From contig CAVUVW010000019.1 in NCBI GenBank assembly GCA_963745035.1, forward strand, positions 64,001 to 128,000: DNA of 64,000 nucleotides. Reading direction: 5' to 3'. Below, piece after piece: positions 10,652-21,117 of this stretch. Each line of letters opens with the position of its first letter. Positions within the stretch are counted from its first letter, which is position 1. The DNA is from an uncultured delta proteobacterium (lineage in GTDB: Bacteria; Desulfobacterota; Binatia; UBA9968). Below the pieces are notes generated by a model. That model saw only the letters and a program-made list of their open reading frames with translations. It did not search any database and had not been told where the DNA came from. Made by a program: the position numbers and the translations under genes.

Positions 10652-10772
10652 CACCGTAGCGACAGGTCGCGGCCGGCCTTGAAATTTCGCCCCTGCCCCG
10701 ATTATGTTCTGTGATCAGTCGCCGAGAAGTAAAAACCTCAACGAGGAGCGAGTCGCGCGGAGAATATTTGCC

Positions 10773-12119
10773 ATGAGCTATAACGCTTGGTTTCAGTGCA
10801 TCAACGGCTGCCCTGGGCAATACAGCCTACTGGAAATCATTTACCGCTGTCCGACCTGCGGCGACTTGTTGGAAGTCAGTCACGACATGAGCGCGCTCAG
10901 AACGCGCGCGGCGGCGGGCTGGATCAAGCTGTTCGACGAGCGGGTCGGGCAGAACGTCTATCCCTACGGCTCCGGCGTGTGGGCGAAGAAGGAGTGGGTC
11001 GTTCCGTTTATCGACAACGAAAACATCGTCTCCACCTGCGAGGGGAACACCAATCTTTTCTGGGCCAACCGCTATGGCAAGCAGCTTCACGTCGAGGACC
11101 TCTGGGTCAAGCAATGCGGCAACTCCCACACGGGCTCGTTCAAGGATCTCGGCATGACCGTGCTGGTCTCGGTGGTCAAGCAGATGATCGCCAACGGCGA
11201 GCCCATCGATGCCGTGGCCTGCGCCTCCACCGGCGACACCTCGGCGGCGCTGGCGGCGTACGGCGCGGCGGCGGGCATCCCGACGGTGGTCTTCCTGCCG
11301 CGCGACAAAGTCTCGCCGGCGCAGCTCGTCCAGCCGTTGGCCAACGGCGCGCTGGTTTTGTCGCTCGACACCGACTTCGACGGCTGCATGGCGGCAGTGC
11401 AGGAAGTCACCAGGCACAAGCACATCTATCTCGCGAACTCGATGAACAGTTTGCGCATCGAAGGGCAGAAAACCATTTCGCTCGAGATCGTTCAGCAGTT
11501 CGATTGGGAGGTCCCCGACTGGGTGATTTTGCCGGGCGGCAATCTCGGCAACGTGAGCGCCTTCGGTAAGGGCTTTCTGATGATGCACGAGCTCGGTTTG
11601 ATCTCGAAGCTGCCGCGCATCTGTGTCGCGCAGGCGGAAAACGCCAACCCGCTCTATCTCTCCTACCTGACCCACTTCGAACGCTTCGAGCCGGTCACAG
11701 CGCGCAAAACTCTGGCCAGCGCGATTCAGATCGGCAACCCGGTGAGCATCCGCAAAGCCATCGCGACGCTGCAGCGTTTTGACGGAGTGGTCGAGCAGGC
11801 TTCCGAGCAGGAACTCGCCGAGGAAGTGGCGCGCGCGGACCGCACCGGCATGTTCAACTGCCCGCATACGGGAGTCGCACTGGCCGCGCTGCGCAAGCTG
11901 GTCGAACGCAAGGTGGTGCACGGGCACGAACGAGTCGTCGTCATCTCGACGGCCCATGGGCTCAAGTTCGCCGATCAGAAAATCGCCTACCACGCGGGCA
12001 CGCTCGAAGGCATCCAGGGAACCCAATGCAATCGCCCCGTCGAGGTGAGCGCCAATCCCAAACAGATCAGCGATGCGATCTCGCACTATGTCGAGCGCAT
12101 GCGCTTGCTGGAGAACTGA
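10773..12119 (+). CDS. thrC: Threonine synthase (plant-like clade)
   Basis: [14 protein letters not shown]-lysine motif, [25 protein letters not shown]. Confidence 0.93.
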   Translation: MSYNAWFQCINGCPGQYSLLEIIYRCPTCGDLLEVSHDMSALRTRAAAGWIKLFDERVGQNVYPYGSGVWAKKEWVVPFIDNENIVSTCEGNTNLFWANRYGKQLHVEDLWVKQCGNSHTGSFKDLGMTVLVSVVKQMIANGEPIDAVACASTGDTSAALAAYGAAAGIPTVVFLPRDKVSPAQLVQPLANGALVLSLDTDFDGCMAAVQEVTRHKHIYLANSMNSLRIEGQKTISLEIVQQFDWEVPDWVILPGGNLGNVSAFGKGFLMMHELGLISKLPRICVAQAENANPLYLSYLTHFERFEPVTARKTLASAIQIGNPVSIRKAIATLQRFDGVVEQASEQELAEEVARADRTGMFNCPHTGVALAALRKLVERKVVHGHERVVVISTAHGLKFADQKIAYHAGTLEGIQGTQCNRPVEVSANPKQISDAISHYVERMRLLEN

Positions 12120-13360
12120 TGGGCGCGCCGAATTCCAAGAGAGACGGCGCGCGCGAAGCGAAGATCTTCTCCGCGGGCGGCGACGGAAAAACGCTGGGCT
12201 TCAGCACCGTGGCGGTTCACGGCGGGGAGCCTCGCCCGAAGCTCGGCAATTCGCTCGCGACGCCGATCGTGCAAACCGCGACCTACACGTTCGCCGATAC
12301 CCGCGAGCTGCACGACCATTTCCAGCGCCGCATCGAGCGCGAGGAATACGGCCGCTACGGCAACCCGACCCAGCGCATCGCCGAGCAGAAGCTCGCCGCC
12401 CTCGAAGGCGCCGAGGACTGCCTGCTGTTTTCCAGTGGCATGGCGGCGGTGACGACGACGATGTACGCCGTGCTTTCGCACAATTCGCACGTGGTCGTGA
12501 CCGACGACTCGTACCGCCGCACGCGCCAGTTTCTGACCCAGGTTCTGCACCGCTACGGCATCGAAGTCTCGGTGGTTCCGGCCGGCGACTACCAAGCGAT
12601 CGAGGAGGCGATCCGCCCGACCACTCGTCTGCTGGTCAGCGAATCGCCGACCAATCCCTACAATCGCATCGTCGATCTCGAGCGCTTCGCCGCCATCGGG
12701 CGGCGGCACCGGGTCAAAACCCTCATCGACGCGACTTTCGCCACTCCGTATAACCAGCGTCCCCTCGAGTACGGCATCGATATCGTGCTCCACTCGGCGA
12801 CCAAATATCTGGCCGGCCATAACGATTTATTGGCCGGCGCGGTCCTGGGTTCGGCGGATCTGGTGGACGGTGTTCGCTCGCTGCAGCATGTGACGGGCGC
12901 GATCGTCGACCCGCTCGCGGCCTATCTGCTCGTGCGCGGCTTGAAGACATTCGCTCTGCGCGTGGCGCGACAGAACGCAAATGCCCAGGCGTTGGCGGAG
13001 TTTTTGGCGGGGCACCCGCGCGTCAAAGCCGTGCACTATGCGGGGTTGCCATGCCATCCCGAATACGAAGTGGCGCGCCGCCAGATGCGCGGCTTCGGCG
13101 GCGTGGTCTCCTTCGAGATCGACGGCGATCTGGAAGCGACCTCGCGCGTGGTCGACGGCTGCCGCATTCCACAGATCGCGCCGTCGCTGGGCGGCGTGGA
13201 AAGCCTGATCGAGCAGCCGGCGCTGATGAGTTTTTACGAATTGACCACTGAAGAACGATTGATGGTGGGCATCAAAGACAATCTGATCCGCTATTCCGTC
13301 GGCATCGAAGACGCCGACGACTTGATCGCCGATCTCGGCGCGGCTCTGGCCAAAGGGTAA
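12119..13360 (+). CDS. metB: Cystathionine gamma-synthase (plant-like)
   Basis: YGRYGNPT, ESPTNP, HSATKYLAGHND, IAPSLGGVESL; TGATG coupling to thrC. Confidence 0.85.
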   Translation: MGAPNSKRDGAREAKIFSAGGDGKTLGFSTVAVHGGEPRPKLGNSLATPIVQTATYTFADTRELHDHFQRRIEREEYGRYGNPTQRIAEQKLAALEGAEDCLLFSSGMAAVTTTMYAVLSHNSHVVVTDDSYRRTRQFLTQVLHRYGIEVSVVPAGDYQAIEEAIRPTTRLLVSESPTNPYNRIVDLERFAAIGRRHRVKTLIDATFATPYNQRPLEYGIDIVLHSATKYLAGHNDLLAGAVLGSADLVDGVRSLQHVTGAIVDPLAAYLLVRGLKTFALRVARQNANAQALAEFLAGHPRVKAVHYAGLPCHPEYEVARRQMRGFGGVVSFEIDGDLEATSRVVDGCRIPQIAPSLGGVESLIEQPALMSFYELTTEERLMVGIKDNLIRYSVGIEDADDLIADLGAALAKG

Positions 13361-13367
13361 AGTCTGT

Positions 13368-13397
13368 TCACCACGAAGCGTGCGAAGAGCACGAAGG
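13368..13397. repeat. CACGAAG 9-bp-unit repeat arm
   Basis: TTCACCACGAAG-CG-TGCGAAG-AG-CACGAAGG; same family at about 7924-7944, 50126-50149, 51846-51863 and 53107-53118. Confidence 0.65.
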
Positions 13398-13481
13398 TTC
13401 CGAAAACAATTATCTTTGCTTTGTGCCTTGGCCGGAGATTTCCGAGCTTATCTGCGGTTCACTGCGCCGGGTGGTGCGTGC

Positions 13482-14075
13482 TCAATCCTGGATAATTTCA
13501 TACGGAATATTTGTCGGACCGTCGATGCGCCGGACGGTGTTGTTCTCCCTGTTGTAGCTGCCCTGTAGGACTTTCCCAGCGACCCGCTCGGAACGCAGGA
13601 TGACGGCGACGGAGCGCGTCGGACCGCCCTGCTCGGCATGTACGTCGAAGGGCGGCACGAGGTCGACTTTTCCCGGCGTCCCTTCCGTTACGCTTTCCAG
13701 TTCGAGCTTTGCGTAGCCTTCTTTCGAGCCGTCGTCGACGCGGCGAAAGCGTTCGAGGCTCTCCGTGCCGTCGAGAATTCCGTACGCGGTCCAGGCGTGC
13801 GCATGATCGTGAATGCTGCCCTTGCGCCCCGGCTCGCGCACCACGCCGTTGACGGCGAAGCCGTAGTCCGGGTCTTCATGAAACAGCAGGTTCTTACGCC
13901 CTTCGGTCGATGGCCAGCTCTTCGATGCCTGGCGCAACGATTCGTCCTTCACCAATTCTTCGAGCAGCTTCTGGCCCTTTTTCATGCGCGCTTCCATGTC
14001 CGGCAGCTCGGCCCAGGCGGCGCGCAGGTCACGAATGAACTTCTCGAAAGCAGGGTGTTGTTTGCCGGTAGACAT
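13482..14075 (-). CDS. Cysteine dioxygenase-like cupin
   Basis: IHDHAHAW His motif and downstream DVHAE. Confidence 0.75.
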   Translation of the reverse strand: MSTGKQHPAFEKFIRDLRAAWAELPDMEARMKKGQKLLEELVKDESLRQASKSWPSTEGRKNLLFHEDPDYGFAVNGVVREPGRKGSIHDHAHAWTAYGILDGTESLERFRRVDDGSKEGYAKLELESVTEGTPGKVDLVPPFDVHAEQGGPTRSVAVILRSERVAGKVLQGSYNRENNTVRRIDGPTNIPYEIIQD

Positions 14076-14100
14076 GGATCCTCCGTTTTTTGCCGATTTG

Positions 14101-15069
14101 CTATTGTTGTGCCTCGCGGCGTATTTCCTCGAGCAGCCGGAAGTCGACGATCTTGGTCAATGAAACGTCGCCCATGCTCTTTTCGGAGCCGTGAGTCTGT
14201 TGCATGTGAAACCTCAAGCCCGGTTCGCTGGCGGTGCCGTCGCGGCTGAAGGACTTGGCGAGAGCCGCGTAGGACTCGCGCGCGACGGCGTTGTCGACCT
14301 TCCATTCGCGCTCGATGATTCGGATGGAATCGTCCGCCCGCTCACGCGCGAACATCAGACCGCGATAGAGCGCACGCAGGGTTCGCTTTGAGATCTCTCG
14401 TTTTTCGGCCAGTTGGCGCTCCGAGGTTGCATAGCCGTTGCTGGGAAACTCCACCGCGTCGCCCAGGAAGAGCAGCTCGCGAAACCCCTTCTGTTTGAGC
14501 AGCACATTGTCCGGCGGCACGGCAATGGTGGCATCGATGGAACCGGCGCTCAGAGCCGCGACCCGGGTGGCGGGAAAGCCGATCATGATCGGCACAGCGT
14601 CTTTTTGCAGATCGAGTCCTTCGCGTTGGAGCGCAATGCGGCTGGCGAGCTCGATGGTGTCGCCGAAGCGCGCCATGCCGATGTACTTGCCGCGCAGCTC
14701 GCGGACGGACTTGATTTGCGGCTTGGCCATCAGGAAATAATTTGGCCGCATGGCGCCGAAGAAAACGCTTTTTAACGGCGCGCCCCGGGCGGCGAGCCGC
14801 AGAGCGGAGTCGGCGACGCCGTGAAACTCGACGTCGCCGGACAAAAGCGCGTTGTGCGCAAGCTGCGGCAGCATCATCGGTATTTCGATATCGATGGCTT
14901 CGTCCTTGAAAAATCCGCGATGGAGCGCGACGAACAAAGGCAGGTAGCCCATGGACTTCGCCGGAAGGGCGAGACGGACCCGATCCTCCGGCCAAAGCGG
15001 CGCCGGCGGCGATGCCTGCGCGCAGACAATCAGCAACAGAAGTACGGCGAAACGGCGACCGGGACGCAT
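14101..15069 (-). CDS. NitT/TauT solute-binding protein
   Basis: Signal peptide; RGFFKDE, ELRGKYIG, GSIDAT. Confidence 0.85.
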   Translation of the reverse strand: MRPGRRFAVLLLLIVCAQASPPAPLWPEDRVRLALPAKSMGYLPLFVALHRGFFKDEAIDIEIPMMLPQLAHNALLSGDVEFHGVADSALRLAARGAPLKSVFFGAMRPNYFLMAKPQIKSVRELRGKYIGMARFGDTIELASRIALQREGLDLQKDAVPIMIGFPATRVAALSAGSIDATIAVPPDNVLLKQKGFRELLFLGDAVEFPSNGYATSERQLAEKREISKRTLRALYRGLMFARERADDSIRIIEREWKVDNAVARESYAALAKSFSRDGTASEPGLRFHMQQTHGSEKSMGDVSLTKIVDFRLLEEIRREAQQ

Positions 15070-15089
15070 GTTCGTGCGTAGCGCAGCGA

Positions 15090-15527
15090 TTACGATTCGG
15101 CGCGCGCTTTGATTTTCTTTTCCTCAGGTGCCGTGATTTTATCGAGGTTCCTCTTGGCGAAGTCGCCGTGCCCGACTTCCTTGTCCTTGGCGCTGAAACG
15201 CGGATTGCCGGCAGGCTCAGCTCGCGCTCCGAGGAGAATCATGTATTCGTCGCCGGTGTTGTCGAGCTGATAAAGCTGTCCCGCGGGAATCGTGACGAGC
15301 ATGCCCGGGGTGAGCTTGCGCGCGGCGCCGTCGGGAAAGTGAAACGTGCATTCGCCCTGTACGCAGTAAAACTGCTGGTCGGCGGTGTGCTTGTGCATCG
15401 GCCCCTTGGTGCCGGGATAGTCGCCGTGCACCCAGGTGTGAAAATGGTCGGAGGTGAAAAGCACCTTCTTGCTGTGGCCGATGTCCAACTCCTCCATTTT
15501 GAGAATATCGATGAATTCAGCCGGCAT
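15090..15527 (-). CDS. Cupin domain protein
   Basis: PMHKH..DQQFYCVQGE, IPAGQLY. Confidence 0.8.
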   Translation of the reverse strand: MPAEFIDILKMEELDIGHSKKVLFTSDHFHTWVHGDYPGTKGPMHKHTADQQFYCVQGECTFHFPDGAARKLTPGMLVTIPAGQLYQLDNTGDEYMILLGARAEPAGNPRFSAKDKEVGHGDFAKRNLDKITAPEEKKIKARAES

Positions 15528-15629
15528 AGGGTTGCCCTCCGTTGGTTAGGTTAGGTTGTTTGCAGTCTTGTAGATTGATCATGCGTTCAATCTACCTCAA
15601 CGAAGCACTGATTTTCCATCACTGATCGT

Positions 15630-17180
15630 TTACTGCTTTCCGCCTTGCGCCGCCGCGGCGCGCGTCGCTTGCATGGACACGCTGTCGCCGTGGATGCCGA
15701 CGATGGTGGCGACGTCGATGCCCAGCTTGTCGAGGCCGGCGACGAACTCTTTGACCAAGGGCGCCGGCCGGACTTGGCCGCCGCGCGGGCTGATATGGTC
15801 GGCCTCAATCAGCATTTTGTCCGCCGGCAGGTAGACAACGACGATATCCTCCGCGTGGGAAGTCGGCATCGGATGCACCTCGACCCGGCGGCTGCCGTCG
15901 GTCAAGACGCGCGGCGCGCCGCCGAAGGCTTCGAGCACCACCGTGCGCCTGTTGCGCTCCAGACTGTCCGGTTGGCGCGTGTGCGCGGCTCTGGCGACAC
16001 GGGTGTAAAAGTCCTTGGCGACAAACGGCACGACCAAGGTCGCGCCCTCCGCCATGAAGGCGCGAATGCCGCCGGAATGGTCGAGATGGTGATGGGTAGG
16101 TACCACGTAGCGAATCGGTTTTCCGGGAAAGCGCTCTTTGATCGATTTCACCACCGGCGCGGTGCGCGCCTCGTAGAGCGGGCCTTCGACGGCGATGAGA
16201 TGATCGCGCATCTCGATCACCACAGTAGCGTGAGAGCCGCCGGCGACTTTGTGCACGCCGTCGGCAAGCTTGAGCCATTCGATGTTCGCCGCCCGGCCGA
16301 AGTCCTGGTAACTCACGTTCCCCGCCATGCGCCGCAGGATCCATTGCGAGGGAACCGGCGCGGCGTCGGGCTTTTGATTGCGGATCGATTCGGGAATCGA
16401 GAACACTTCGGCAGACGCGGGTACATTGTGCCGAATGGATTTTAGCTGTTCTTCTTGGAATAGCCTCCCGTTGATCTCATAACGCAGGCTGTGCGGCATC
16501 ATGACGCCGTCTACTTTGCGCCAATCGCCGTAGCGCAGCAGATAGCTGGTATCGCCCTCGAGCGGATCACTGTCGAGGATGTCGGTTTGCGTGGGCAGGG
16601 AAGTTTTTGCGTCCAGATAAATACGGAACTCGTCGGCGTCGTCTTTGAAGTAGAGGACGCGATTCTTCACGCCGTCCACATCTGCATCGGGCAGCTGGCG
16701 AAGGGATTTCTGCGCTGCGGCGGTTCGGATCAGCTTTGGCGCGGAGCGCTTCTCGTCGCGCATGCGCGTTGCCAGGCGGCCGGGATGAAGGGGGCTTTGC
16801 TTGGACGCGGCACCGGTCCCTTCCTGAAGCAGGCCGGCGGTGCCGTCGATAATCTCGACGAAGCGGATCTCTTCATTGCGGGTCAGATGGCGGGCATCCC
16901 ATTCTAATTTCATGCGCGGCTGCACGAGATCGCGCGTCAAGGTATAGCGAAAGGATGAAATTTGCCCGCCGGGCTTGAATTGCAGAGGGAACGCCGTGTT
17001 GAACTGCTTGCCTTCGGCTTCGACCGCCTGACTTTTCAGAGCGCGCAAAGCGCCCATCCCTCCCATGGCTTTGGCAGCGTCATTGATCAACGTGTGAGCC
17101 GATTGAGCGCCGGCGATGCCAGGCGAGCAAAAGGGAAGCAATAACGCCAGAGCGAAAACGCGAACGATCATCGTGCTCAT
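15630..17180 (-). CDS. Secreted MBL-fold metallo-hydrolase with long N-terminal extension
   Basis: Signal peptide; THHHLDHSGG HxHxDH motif; final GIHG. Confidence 0.85.
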   Translation of the reverse strand: MSTMIVRVFALALLLPFCSPGIAGAQSAHTLINDAAKAMGGMGALRALKSQAVEAEGKQFNTAFPLQFKPGGQISSFRYTLTRDLVQPRMKLEWDARHLTRNEEIRFVEIIDGTAGLLQEGTGAASKQSPLHPGRLATRMRDEKRSAPKLIRTAAAQKSLRQLPDADVDGVKNRVLYFKDDADEFRIYLDAKTSLPTQTDILDSDPLEGDTSYLLRYGDWRKVDGVMMPHSLRYEINGRLFQEEQLKSIRHNVPASAEVFSIPESIRNQKPDAAPVPSQWILRRMAGNVSYQDFGRAANIEWLKLADGVHKVAGGSHATVVIEMRDHLIAVEGPLYEARTAPVVKSIKERFPGKPIRYVVPTHHHLDHSGGIRAFMAEGATLVVPFVAKDFYTRVARAAHTRQPDSLERNRRTVVLEAFGGAPRVLTDGSRRVEVHPMPTSHAEDIVVVYLPADKMLIEADHISPRGGQVRPAPLVKEFVAGLDKLGIDVATIVGIHGDSVSMQATRAAAAQGGKQ

Positions 17181-17280
17181 GGAAACCTCCCGAGGCGACG
17201 ACTTAGGCATGCAGCCAGACGGGAAATAGACCAAAAGGGCGCATCAATGCAACTAAAAAGAGTAGTGGTTTAGCCGGGAA

Positions 17281-17344
17281 AGATCTCTCACGTCGTTCGA
17301 GATGACAAGTCGCTTGTTTCGTTGTCATTTCGAGTACGATCGAG
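17281..17344. repeat. Solo pair of the 27-bp palindrome family also found around the GIY-YIG gene
   Basis: AGATCTCTCACGTCGTTCGAGATGACA then TGTCATTTCGAG..; matches copies at 45609-46216. Confidence 0.75.
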
Positions 17345-17381
17345 GCGCATTGAAATGAACCCTACCGGAGAAGAACCAGGC

Positions 17382-18462
17382 TCAGACCGCGCGATACGCG
17401 CTCGAGCGGCGTTCCAGCTCGGGAATGACTTCCCGGCAGATCAGATCGATCGCTTCATTCCAGTCGGGGCCGAGCGGCGAGGCGATATCGATGATATCGA
17501 AAGCGTGCGCTTTGGCCGCGCGCAGCATCTCGTCGATGCCGGCAATGCACTCGGCCGGCGTTCCCGCGATGACCGTGCCGACATCGGCGAGCAAATCGTC
17601 GGTTACCAAATCGATCATGTCATCGATGTGCTTTTTCTGGGCATGCGCCGCTAGTATGGCATCGGCGGTGCTCTCGGAGACGGGGAGCTTGAGCATGCGC
17701 TGCTTCAAGAGGTGTCCCTGGATGATCGCGGTTGCGCCCATGCGCTTGGCGCAGCGCTTTGCCGCTGCCCCGTCGCGTGAGACCGAGACATGCAAATGGA
17801 GAACTTTGATAAACCGGCGTCGCTCGGCGCGGGTGCTCCGCGCGGCTGCGAGATGGGCCATGGCGAGGTCGAGGGCGCCTTGCCGGACCAAGGCGGTGGG
17901 AAAGGAAAGATTGCTGACGATCAAGCCGTCGCCGACATCCCATGCCAGCTCGAGCATTTTTGGGACCCGCCGCGGCGACATAGATCTCCGGCGGCGTCGA
18001 CGGCGGCAGGCGCAGAAAGGCTTCCGCGGCTTCGTCGAGACGAAAAAAGTCCGCTAGCAGCGGGAACTCGCCAAGCGTGGTTCGCCGGCCGGCGAACATC
18101 TCGCGCAGAAACAAGATCGTCTCGCGGGTCATGCCGACCCGGTTGCGTTTGCGAATCATGTTGGACGACGGTGAGCCCGCGCCGATGCCCACGGTAATGC
18201 CGCGGTCGCCCGCAAGATGCGCCAGCGAAGCGAAGCTCGAGGCAAGATCGACGGGCGTGCGACTGAACGGGTGGATCACCGATGTGCCGACGTGCGCGCC
18301 GGTGCGCGCGATGATCGCCGCCAAGATGACGAAGACGTTCTCGTAGGTCAGGTGGTCGGGGACCCAAACTTTGTCGAAGGGGTATTGCGACAGCGCGCGC
18401 GCCGCATAGTCCGCCATCTGCGGCGCGATACAGGGCGGGTAAAGCTGAATGCCGAAACGCAT
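17382..18462 (-). CDS. LLM-class flavin/F420-dependent oxidoreductase (frameshift at about 17958)
   Basis: MRFGIQL..VWVPDH..IYVAAAGPK then continues MLELAWDVGDGLI in another frame; an extra A in a poly-A run explains it. Confidence 0.85.
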
Positions 18463-18492
18463 GAATTCACCGACGCAACATCGCGCGGCCGA

Positions 18493-18999
18493 CTACTCCA
18501 TGGTGATCGGCGGCTTGAAGGTTTGCTTCTTGTTGGACAACGAAAAAAATCCAGTCCCCTGATCTATTTTCAGAACCTTGTAGTCGGTTGCGGCGTTGCC
18601 TTCCATGGTAAAGCGGTAGTTGAACTGCTCCTCGTCGTTTCGGCCCGTGACAAAAATATAGATCGCCTTTTCGTCGGCCATGGGCTCGTATTCCATCGCC
18701 GCGAGCTTTGTCGGATAGTTCCGCGCGTGCATGGCGGCGAGGGACTGCTTGAACTTGTCGCGCGGCACATGGCGCTTGCCGCCGTCGGCGAGCAACTCGT
18801 AGCCCCGATCGAGGTTCTTTTCCAAGATCGCCACGCGGCCGAATTCGAGGGCGCGCTTGGCGGCGCGGGTTTCGTCGTGCTTGACGGATTCGGCGCAAGC
18901 TGTCAGCGCCGCCGTCAACGCGAGCGCCAGCAGGTAAAGTCTGCCGCCGCGATGGAGCCGCGCCCGAGCGCGCGGCATGCGCTCCGCTCCGTGTTTCAT
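18493..18999 (-). CDS. Hypothetical lipoprotein
   Basis: Lipobox LTAC after a hydrophobic stretch. Confidence 0.7.
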   Translation of the reverse strand: MKHGAERMPRARARLHRGGRLYLLALALTAALTACAESVKHDETRAAKRALEFGRVAILEKNLDRGYELLADGGKRHVPRDKFKQSLAAMHARNYPTKLAAMEYEPMADEKAIYIFVTGRNDEEQFNYRFTMEGNAATDYKVLKIDQGTGFFSLSNKKQTFKPPITME

Positions 19000-19209
19000 T
19001 TCATGTCATCGACTTTCTTTGAGATCGTGTCTTGCCCGCGCTCTGCTTCGCGCCTTGCCAAGTGTGTGACCACGCGTTGTCAACGATGAGCACTTTATTT
19101 ACACGGTCGGCCAAGGATTCTCAATCGACGCCAACTTTGTCTCTTAGCGATTCGGGCGGCGGCACGTCGCTTGCGTTTCTGCCCTTGCGCTTCAGCAAGG
19201 AGGTGAGCC

Positions 19210-20070
19210 GTGACCAAATTTAGCATTGCAATTCCCATCTGCTTCATTACCCTTTCCGGATGCGCGCTTTTCGACAACCCGGAAATGTCAACCGTGGCAG
19301 CTCCGGCATCGGTTCCGGTCGCGGAAGATCAAGGGACAATGAGCGCCGAAACGGTGCAGATCGCCGGAACACCCGACCCATCCACGGCGCCGCCGCGCAG
19401 CGCGACGACCGAGGACGTGCGCCGTTTGCAAATGCGCTTGCGCGACTTGGGTTTCGATGCCGGACCGGTCGACGGCGTAGCGGGAGTCAAAACCAAGAAG
19501 GCGTTCAGCCGGTTGCAGCATGGTTGCGCGAAGCTGGAACCGTTGAGCGAAAAGTTGCCGATCGCTGCAAGCCATGGCGCTGCGGGCGACAGAGTTCCCG
19601 GTCGGGAAGACGTCGTTAAAATTCAGAGACAACTCCGCGGCGCGGGCTTTGACCCCGGGCCCGTAGACGGCGTTTACGGCAGCAAAACAAAATCCGTCGT
19701 TGCGCAGCTTCCGGACGCTTGCCTCATGGCCAGAGAATTCAGCGGAACTCTGGAAGCTCCGCTGCGCATGGCGAAGCGCGAAAACTCCACCGCGCCATCG
19801 CCCGAAGGTGCCAAGCCGGCTGGCGGCGGGCAATTCACCGGGCTGCGCCATGAGGGCTCCGGCGATGTCGCCGCGGCTCAAACTGCGCAAGCGCGCGAAG
19901 ATGTTCGAATCCTCCAGTTGCGGCTGCGCGACGCGGGCTTTGATCCCGGCCCGTTCGATGGCGTGATGGGCGCGAAGACGAAGGCGGCGTTGGCGCAATA
20001 TGAGGCCAGCCAGCTTAACAAAAAGGTCAAAACCAGTTTGACGACCAAGAAAATAAGCGGACAATACTGA
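19210..20070 (+). CDS. Lipoprotein with three peptidoglycan-binding (PG_binding_1) repeats
   Basis: AAGGAGG RBS, LSGC lipobox, three copies of V..Q..LR..GFD.GP.DG..G.KT. Confidence 0.88.
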   Translation: MTKFSIAIPICFITLSGCALFDNPEMSTVAAPASVPVAEDQGTMSAETVQIAGTPDPSTAPPRSATTEDVRRLQMRLRDLGFDAGPVDGVAGVKTKKAFSRLQHGCAKLEPLSEKLPIAASHGAAGDRVPGREDVVKIQRQLRGAGFDPGPVDGVYGSKTKSVVAQLPDACLMAREFSGTLEAPLRMAKRENSTAPSPEGAKPAGGGQFTGLRHEGSGDVAAAQTAQAREDVRILQLRLRDAGFDPGPFDGVMGAKTKAALAQYEASQLNKKVKTSLTTKKISGQY

Positions 20071-20085
20071 GAAGAAGAGGGCGAA

Positions 20086-20127
20086 CAAAAAAGGCGGATT
20101 CAGGTTAACCTGAATCCGCCTTTTTTG
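20086..20127. terminator. Bidirectional rho-independent terminator
   Basis: Perfect palindrome CAAAAAAGGCGGATTCAGGTTAACCTGAATCCGCCTTTTTTG between convergent genes. Confidence 0.9.
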
Positions 20128-20143
20128 CTTTAACCTTCAGCGG

Positions 20144-20482
20144 TTAATATTCGACCTGCTTGGCGCGTTGAATCTGCTGGTTGTTTCGATCGATGGTTCT
20201 TTGGTTTTGCTGAATCTGTTGCCCGTTAGTCTGATATTGCTCCTGACCCTGCATGTAATCGCCGACGAGCGCGCCGGCGCCAAGTCCGAGCGCTCCGCCG
20301 ATCGCCGCGCCGGCGCCGGGAGCGCCGACCGTGGCGCCGATGATCCCGCCGACGGCGGCGCCGCCAAGCGCGCCGATCCCGGCACCTTTCTCTCGGGTCG
20401 TCAACGACCCGCCCGAGCAACCTGCCAAGATCATCCCCGCCAATGCGAGCGCGGCCAGTTCGATGGATAATGCCTTCGGCAT
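20144..20482 (-). CDS. Glycine-zipper lipoprotein
   Basis: AAAGGAGG RBS, LAGC lipobox, GAGIGALGGAAVGGIIG. Confidence 0.88.
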   Translation of the reverse strand: MPKALSIELAALALAGMILAGCSGGSLTTREKGAGIGALGGAAVGGIIGATVGAPGAGAAIGGALGLGAGALVGDYMQGQEQYQTNGQQIQQNQRTIDRNNQQIQRAKQVEY

Positions 20483-20656
20483 GGCTCTGCCTCCTTTAAG
20501 TTCGCCCGAACGATTCGAGCTACGAGGATGCGTTTCACGCAATGGGTGCGCCAGGTAGAAAGGGGCGAGTAAAGGAGTATTCTTGCCAGAAGCTGCGGAA
20601 AAAGGGGGTGGCGGCTTCGCTCGTTTACTGTCCGGGGAAAAAAGTTGGCCAAAAAA

Positions 20657-20982
20657 TCTATACCGTTGCTTTTGGCCATCTGTTCCAGATCGGCGATGGT
20701 TGGGCCGTTGAGACGAAAGGCGCGATGGGCGCGCCATTCCCGGACTTCCATCTCGCGAATACCCTCGGAGTGATGCGGGTCTTGAGCGGCAAGGGCTATG
20801 GCTTCGTCGAGGCTTGATGCGAGCATGACGTAGATGCCATAAGCGCCGTCGGTCGTTGGCCCCGAGAAAAGCAGGCGCCCGGCGCGATGCTGATCATCGA
20901 GCCACTGGCGGTGCGCTTCGTAGTTGCGCTCCTTCTCCGCGTCCTTCTCCGGCTTCGAGCGTGACAAAACGATGTACCACAT
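20657..20982 (-). CDS. YciI family protein (true stop probably near 20657; run-on to 20431 likely from a homopolymer indel)
   Basis: GGAGG RBS; AHRQWL..LLFSGP..QDP; removing one A gives ..MAKATV*. Confidence 0.75.
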
Positions 20983-21117
20983 GATCGAGTCCTCCGTGAA
21001 TCAGCTAGGAGCGATCATAGACGCCGCGTCGGAGATTTTCCACTTGCGCGGCAAAGCGGTGAGGGGTAGAAGCCTGAGCACGAAGACAGTCATTCGAAAC
21101 GGGGAGAGATCGCGGCC

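Noticed and set aside
10652-10772. SAM riboswitch or threonine leader peptide upstream of thrC
   Set aside because: No SAM-I/II consensus or Thr-rich leader ORF recognisable.
20144-20737. Long N-terminal extension of the glycine-zipper lipoprotein
   Set aside because: A strong RBS and signal peptide start at 20482; the extension overlaps the YciI gene.
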